Assembly (NCBI GenBank): GCA_028707065.1
Contig: JAQTUZ010000005.1
Span: 3,334 to 67,333, forward strand
Length of the DNA stretch: 64,000 nucleotides
Direction of reading: 5' to 3'
DNA from: Patescibacteria group bacterium
GTDB taxonomy: Bacteria; Patescibacteriota; Patescibacteriia; Patescibacteriales; WJLG01
Positions 61,201 to 64,000 of this stretch are shown piece after piece (positions within the stretch are counted from its first letter, which is position 1; each line of letters opens with the position of its first letter). A model generated the notes under the pieces. It ran no database searches. It was not told the origin of the DNA and saw only the letters and a program-made list of their open reading frames with translations. Made by a program: the position numbers and the translations under genes.

Positions 61201-64000
61201 AATCAAGACCGCTGATGGTGGTGGTGGCGTGGCTCAAATATGTCTGCGAAGCGAGAGCCGGATCGCTCGAAGAGCCGAAGAGCGTATCGGTTTGCTTCAC
61301 GCCCGCGGTACCGGCTTTGTAGTAGATCTTGTATTGGGAGAAATTGGTTTCAACTGCTTGGGCATTGAAATTGACCGTGATCGAATTATCGTTTTTCTTA
61401 GATAAGGTGAGCGGACCGAAATCAGCCGGCGCTTGGTTATCGATAATGAGCGAGGTGGTGGCGAAAGCGGTGGCGCCGCGGTTGTCATTGACCGAAAGCT
61501 GGAGGCAATATATTCCCTCCCCGGCGGGCAGATCATTTTTAGAGAGCCAAACCGTGTTGACCGTATTCGCGCCCGAGGATGTCAAAATCCAGCCGGTTGA
61601 GGTACCGATCTGATAAGTATTTTTGTTCTGGACTTTGGGATCGCCGTAGGTCGCGGTGGTATTGGCATCGGTTTCATCGAGCGTGGTTGGCGCTCCGGAA
61701 CTATGGCAATATTGATCGGTGAAATATCGCACTTGCGCCATCACCTGATCGTCCTGGTCCGGATCAGAAACAACGAAAGACAGATCAGCCTTGCCGGTAG
61801 CATCGATCCGTTCGGCCGCGGAATTAATAATGATGGCGGGATTGCGGTCGGTGCGGTCCCAGATCAACGTGGAGCTGGATCGATTGCCGGCTTGATCATA
61901 GGCCCAGAGCGAAAAACTGTAAGTAGCGGCCGGAGTAAGACCGGTAATGGTAGTCGAGGACTTGCCGTTGAAATTGAGAGAACTCAAATTAGGATCAGAG
62001 CTCGAGCCCCAGAGCGAGTCGGTTTCGCGGATGGGCGTGGTCGAGCCGAGGCGGTAGTAGATTTTATATTGCTGAAAATTAGTTTCCGTAACCGCGGCAG
62101 GTATTCCGAGCTTGATCGAAGTAGTGGAGGAAGCAAGGCGGGTTAAAGGATCGGGAGCGGAGGGCGGCGCAGTATCAACGATGAAATTGGGAACCGAGAC
62201 TTCGAATTTTTTCCAGGCTGTTGAGCAGCCGTCCATGTCGCAGGCCAAAACTTGCCACTGGTAATCATTATCGGGAATGGTTTTGATATTGACTTTTTTG
62301 GTGGCGGCCGGAGTATACCAGACTCGGGACGGGCAGGAAGCATAAGCCGTGCCGGACGAACAAGCATCGGCCGGAGTCGTGGTGGCGGTAAGATACGAAC
62401 CGCTCGTCGAGGCTAATTGATAGTAGAGAGTGATGGGGTCGGCATCGGCATCGGTGGTGGTGGCGAAAAGATTGACTTCGTTTTGATTGATAAAGGCGCC
62501 ATTGGGTATAACTGTCACTCCGTCGGCGCGATATTGGATAAGACCGGAAGCCTGCGCCGGGAAATTTTTGGTGGTAGTGGTGAATTCGGAAGTGCTCGAA
62601 GCGATGTTGCCGTAAGAATCATAGGCGAAAAGATTGAACACGTAGGCTGTGCCGGAATCAAGACCGCTGATGGTGGTGGTGGCGTGGCTCAAATATGTCT
62701 GCGAAGCGAGAGCCGGATCGCTCGAAGAGCCGAAGAGCGTATCGGTTTGCTTCACGCCCGCAGTACCGGCTTTGTAGTAGATCTTGTATTGGGAGAAATG
62801 GGTTTCCGTGGTTTCCGAGCCAAAGACAAGCGTGACCGAACTGTCATTCTTTTTGTTCAAAGTTAAATTACCCGGGCTCGTCGGGGCAACGTTATCAATG
62901 ACGATCGAAGTGGTGGCAAAAGCAGTGGCGCCGCGGTTATCGTTGATCGTCAGCTTGAGGCAATAGGTGCCATCGCCCGCGGGCAGATCAGACAATGATT
63001 GCCAAATTGTGTTAACCGTATTAACGCCGGAAGAAGTCAGGATCCAGCCGGTTGAGGTACCGATCTGATAAGTATTTTTGTTCTGGACTTTGGGATCGCC
63101 GTAAGTGGCAGTGGTGTTGGCATCGGTTTCGTCGATCTCGGCCTGGTTTCCTGCCGCCCGACAATATTGATCGGAAAAATATTGCACTCTGGCCATCACC
63201 TGGTTGTCCTGATCCGGATCATTAACCGCGAAAGCCAGATCAACCATGCCGGTGCCGTCAAATCGTTCAACAACTGAATTTATCGCCAGAGTCGGATCGC
63301 GATCAGTGCGATCCCACATCAAACTGGAACTGGATTTACGGCCAGCCTGGTCATAGGCCCAGAGCGAAAAACTGTAAACCGTGGCCGGAGTCAAGCCGGT
63401 AATAGTCGTCGAGGATTTGCCGTTGAAATTAATGTCGCTCAAATTAGGGTCCGAACTTGAACCCCAAAGCGAATCGGTTTCGCGGATCGGTGTAGTGGAA
63501 CCAAGGCGATAAAATATCTTGTATTGACTGAAGCTGGAAGCGGTTATTGGCGCGGGGAAACCGAGCTTGATGGAAACAGTGGTGGAAGCGATCCTGGTCA
63601 AAGGATCGGGAGTCGAAGGCGGAATCATGCCGATCCTGAAGTTGGGGATCGAGTTATTGAAAGTTTTCCAATTTCTTGAACAACCGTCAATATCGCAGGC
63701 TAACGCTTGCCATTTGAAATCGCCATCGGGAAACGCGGTAATATCGGCTTTTTTGGTGGCGGCGGCAGTGTACCAAACGCGGGAAGGGCAGCTTGCCCAG
63801 GCCGTACCGGATGAGCAGGCATTGACCGGAGTGGTGGTGGCCGTAAGATAGGCGCCGCTGGTAGTGGCTATTTGATAGTAAAGAGTGATGGGGTCGGCAT
63901 CGGCGTCGGTGGTAGTGGCAAAAAGATTGACCTCATCTTGATCAATGATCGCGCCATTAGCAATCACCGTAATACCATCAGCTTGGTATTGTTCAAGGCT
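52271..64000 (-). CDS. giant modular surface protein, 5' end beyond the window (more than 3910 codons in window)
   Basis: The frame stays open to position 64000; the codons before the track start read SLEQYQADGITV, which continues the module pattern. It contains fn3-like, Ig-like (Cys-pair) and DPDxD-rich modules, one DUF2341-LamG cassette and a WxL-like tail. Confidence 0.85.
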   Translation of the reverse strand, partial: SLEQYQADGITVIANGAIIDQDEVNLFATTTDADADPITLYYQIATTSGAYLTATTTPVNACSSGTAWASCPSRVWYTAAATKKADITAFPDGDFKWQALACDIDGCSRNWKTFNNSIPNFRIGMIPPSTPDPLTRIASTTVSIKLGFPAPITASSFSQYKIFYRLGSTTPIRETDSLWGSSSDPNLSDINFNGKSSTTITGLTPATVYSFSLWAYDQAGRKSSSSLMWDRTDRDPTLAINSVVERFDGTGMVDLAFAVNDPDQDNQVMARVQYFSDQYCRAAGNQAEIDETDANTTATYGDPKVQNKNTYQIGTSTGWILTSSGVNTVNTIWQSLSDLPAGDGTYCLKLTINDNRGATAFATTSIVIDNVAPTSPGNLTLNKKNDSSVTLVFGSETTETHFSQYKIYYKAGTAGVKQTDTLFGSSSDPALASQTYLSHATTTISGLDSGTAYVFNLFAYDSYGNIASSTSEFTTTTKNFPAQASGLIQYRADGVTVIPNGAFINQNEVNLFATTTDADADPITLYYQLASTSGSYLTATTTPADACSSGTAYASCPSRVWYTPAATKKVNIKTIPDNDYQWQVLACDMDGCSTAWKKFEVSVPNFIVDTAPPSAPDPLTRLASSTTSIKLGIPAAVTETNFQQYKIYYRLGSTTPIRETDSLWGSSSDPNLSSLNFNGKSSTTITGLTPAATYSFSLWAYDQAGNRSSSTLIWDRTDRNPAIIINSAAERIDATGKADLSFVVSDPDQDDQVMAQVRYFTDQYCHSSGAPTTLDETDANTTATYGDPKVQNKNTYQIGTSTGWILTSSGANTVNTVWLSKNDLPAGEGIYCLQLSVNDNRGATAFATTSLIIDNQAPADFGPLTLSKKNDNSITVNFNAQAVETNFSQYKIYYKAGTAGVKQTDTLFGSSSDPALASQTYLSHATTTISGLDSGTAYVFNLFAYDSYGNIASSTSEFTTTTKNFPAQASGLIQYRADGITVIPNGAFINQNEVNLFATTTDADADPVTLYYQLASTSGSYLTATTTPADACSSGTAYASCPSKVWRNNSPADIKAIPEGSYKWQALACDIDGCARNWKAFDAGTPNFTNDETDPTAPGDLSLSKKTDTSIDLFFGSATDETNFSQYKIFYKVGSSGVTESDILFSSSSDAALGSQTYLSHATTAISGLNAGTQYVFNIYAYDSAGNKASSTEFSTATKNFPAIPDNLEQYRSDGITVIPNNSWLDIDEVNLYATTTDADGDSVTIYYQLATSSESFKTSTSTPSNACSSGTAYAGCSSKVWLAANAVKVDLKNIPFGSYKWQALACDADGCSRAWKKFNETIPNFILASSNLSTPGPLTVIASSSASMKLGYPAPVTGAGFSQYKIYYRVGSTTPVRETDSLWGSSSDANLGAIDFNGKSSTTVTGLNSGTAYSFSIWAYDNYGGKTSSTMIWERTDRLPTIIFNSAAERTNGTGVVDISLLVGDPDGDNQTMARVEYAAGSSCDFSSPLKAALDERYTHSSAFFGHPTIQNKNDYQIGTSTGWILTSFGNNTLNFEWPSKTDLPAGDGIYCLRVTANDNRGGTKSATTTLIIDNAPPAALGALTLSKKTINSVTVLFGTAATETNFRQYKIYYKAGTSGVNEHNTLFGSSSDAVLSVLDYSGHATTTIAGLNTNTDYVFNIWAYDLYGNKASSSPEFTTKTPVGPTGVINSAAEQVDGSGRINISITADDPNDYDTRAKLEYFANSGCTGSPLKPTLDEDPSSISASTGTPVIQNKNSYQVGTSTGYISTSDGANTVNFVWLSQADVPAAEGTYCLRLTVNNGSYDSTATTTALYIDNKAPTGLGNLTINKKVGSSAILNYGAAAAEANFYRYRIFYKTGSPPVAETDNEKTDSNLNYQNYNGAATTTISGLTAGNWYAANIWADDDYGNKASATPVSFKINQKPDNPNDLKQTKSDGTPILNGAVIDQATVKLRANVVDTDSTSTTFYFQLLDNGTGFTTATSAPGTTCASNTAFNSCAAKIWAAATSSGPSDWYNAGWLYRRKITVNHAQVAADLTDFPILIATATDADLAAKARADGHDIIFTAADGRTLLNFAQEKFNSTTGEYEFWVKSGLSASVDTDIYLYYGNSGQTADLSSANTWNSDYQAVWHLAESGTGARLDSTVNANNAATHNFDGSEKGRAGIIDGADDFNSANKFLQAANSASLDITGGLTVSGWINPDTATVDSLSGSGEARYQFVGLKWPADGGADCAPAGAFDPAMIDPYSGATYGSDTWANGSSWKVYDTSLSSVYYQAAPYSIDLNKVWGNTAVNSEAYVGAYIYSPDGRTVNISRGSDDGSELWVNGRLISADCQVHGFTADALVNAVDLKQGWNTIIVRVVNGSGDWVGEWRISSNASGLSALANPRIIADKQNYQVSQKGSYLSAGYGTTTVDALIATDSWQYFTLLGDSSHLELKLNGQSQASTTFSTAPETNDQPLRIGLGFDGRLDEITVADTKAGAAWISTTYRNQNDPESFTNAGAEETRTGMGDQVTVPGLPDSAVGYKWQALVCDEENACSNWTKFNDTVPNFTVSGNGPTLPGALTLDSKTSHSLTLNFGAESASAFFTQYKIFYQAGSSGVKETDSLWGSSSDANLAYINYNGAGSTTIANLAANTQYVFNIYAYDSTGRRASSTSELTATTNALPTASFASASEQTDGSGRVDIAIIANDANQDNLKAKLEFFANSRCVGAPYATTLDETDYTATSTYGDAKISNTNAYQIGNSSGWIITSSGANTVNFDWLSTIDLPAGNAVYCLRLTANDGIEDQAAPATTSLVIDNIKPTAPGALTLGKRGSTYLELVFGAATRETNFQSYRIFYKQGTGVTESDTELSDANLAYINYNGAATTTATGLTGGKQYSFKIFAYDDYGHKASSTETTYSTDHLPTGTFNSAAEETNGSGVVDISFTTSDPDGDSVAAKLEYFADADCHGSPLDPTLNNASSTISASFGHPDLNNNNAYQIGDASRIITTSGPNTVNFDWLAGLDLPTGDGIYCLRLTINDGKNDQLASATTSLVIDNAAPSTPGDLSVSRVNGDYVFLKFGSAAADSHFREYKVFYQVGTATVTEADLSLTKALDYNLGFADYNGKATTAVSNLTAVAQYSFNIWAYDYYGNKSSAVNQVSTTTYSSTGATWREAEDTVDPTNILYLGKEKPVRVRISVANIGDWSTTDQYKVQYADKAASCAAVVSWNDVPTTTAADDFAMIDSSYFFNGEPTVQRFNNAEGYNFVPGSLIKALSNQSASTTLGANEYTELEYAFQATTNAAAGQTYCFRVLKNGQVLDAYTRYPELTLSPPPDSSFLSAQQKRDGSAVVRMTLNVSHPAGYPTQLKLEFGANSSCDFGSSLDPTLDTDPASVSATYGLPDIDNSETYQIGSTTGNMIITAYGTNTVAFDWPTLNDVSGIDQIFCLRGTAYDGYDNQTVSATTTVIIDQVKPTNPGNLATTSKTTGSVTLVFGSASSDTHFKEYRIYYKVGSSGVTESDSLWGSTSDPNLGYADYNSAATTTVTGLTANQQYVFRIWAYDQYGNKSSSSEEISVYLWSTKRSGGPWRWYQDQYNETPQIPLADENATPNNITDGQIMKLRMAFQEIQGLDALDTKIRLQYSTYSDFLTDVNWVGEISSTTDWTYADGIDLDNDPIQNLLLSTTTAKMTHNESGISTSSAVQPANSWGEWEFTIRNNGAASGTVYYFRGYDNNIDQPIPTKPYAVYPSLIAAAGSLTLTVAGLPAGTATEGIVTTATTSEASVPFGVLAPDNQVIGAQRFTVSTNAEWGYSLYAFQTNDFISSNGAIINPVPWTNASPAAWPVVFNPSDFGYHSGDDTLSGAAPSRFAADNTYAQFDSSNQEISYSSIPVTDETFDLIFRAGIGSLQPAGDYSTNIVYILVPTY
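52274..52830 (-). other. giant-2 C-terminal WxL-like domain
   Basis: SLTLTVAGLPAG...VPFGVLAPDNQVIGAQRFTVSTNAEWGYSLYA...LQPAGDYSTNIVYILVPTY, homologous to the C-terminus of 50934..51980. Coordinates are approximate. Confidence 0.45.
56510..57935 (-). other. giant-2 DUF2341-like + LamG-like cassette with an inserted PA14-like segment
   Basis: WLYRRKITVNHAQVAADLTDFPILIA (about 57900-57935), then IYLYYGNSGQ (about 57670). The PA14-like block is YVGAYIYSPDGRTVNISRGSDDGSELWVNGRLI..LKQGWNTIIVRVVNGSGDW (about 56880-57300). It ends WISTTYRNQNDPESF. Coordinates are approximate. Confidence 0.45.
60872..64000. repeat. tandem 1,455-bp (485-codon) super-module repeat inside giant-2
   Basis: Units start at about 60872, 62327 and 63782, the last cut by the window edge. 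The cores 60872-61350 and 62327-62805 differ at roughly 20 of ~480 positions by eye, while the rest of the unit is more diverged. Confidence 0.8.

Noticed and set aside
1-64000. Prophage, transposon, integron or restriction/defence island signatures.
   Set aside because: I recognise no integrase, transposase, terminase, capsid, toxin-antitoxin, restriction or cas-like motif in any frame. The repeat families lack an associated transposase.

Overview
The gene content suggests a compact Patescibacteria/CPR-type bacterial genome, but this is inference only because no rRNA or other marker is present. 31 of 33 protein genes are on the minus strand. The left ~12 kb carries envelope and division genes: ftsE-ftsX, an RlpA-like/S11 D-Ala-D-Ala carboxypeptidase fusion, an FtsB/DivIC-like protein, a processive GT2 synthase, a histidine phosphatase and tRNA-Thr(CGU). 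It also holds a two-gene module of a VirD4/TraG-like ATPase with a C-terminal CxxC-x17-CxxC zinc ribbon and a membrane partner. From ~12 kb to the right edge, ~50 kb encodes almost only secreted or membrane-anchored surface proteins. These include two giant proteins (4142 aa, and more than 3910 aa running off the window) built from fn3/Ig-like modules and DUF2341-LamG cassettes. There are also four cohesin-like proteins, two dockerin proteins, four DUF916/DUF3324-like (CscA-like) anchors, WxL-like C-terminal domains, a Cys-rich lipoprotein, a MacB-type ABC pair with a 4x fn3 protein, an FGE/SUMF1-like protein and Hsp20. The non-coding DNA is unusual. Nearly every intergenic spacer carries a long inverted repeat made of short 7-10 nt words, mostly with one C-free arm and one G-free arm. 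One dispersed family (ATTAGTT words) occurs in both orientations, and one copy encloses a complete small plus-strand gene unit. Other non-coding elements are a GC-rich double-hairpin REP-like family, a ~145-nt conserved element upstream of two unrelated genes, a candidate structured RNA in a convergent spacer, and a duplicated tRNA-Thr 5' half carrying a GC-rich insertion. No transposase, integrase, CRISPR array, rRNA or reverse transcriptase was seen. All domain calls come from motif recognition by eye, no searches were run, and domain-level coordinates are approximate.
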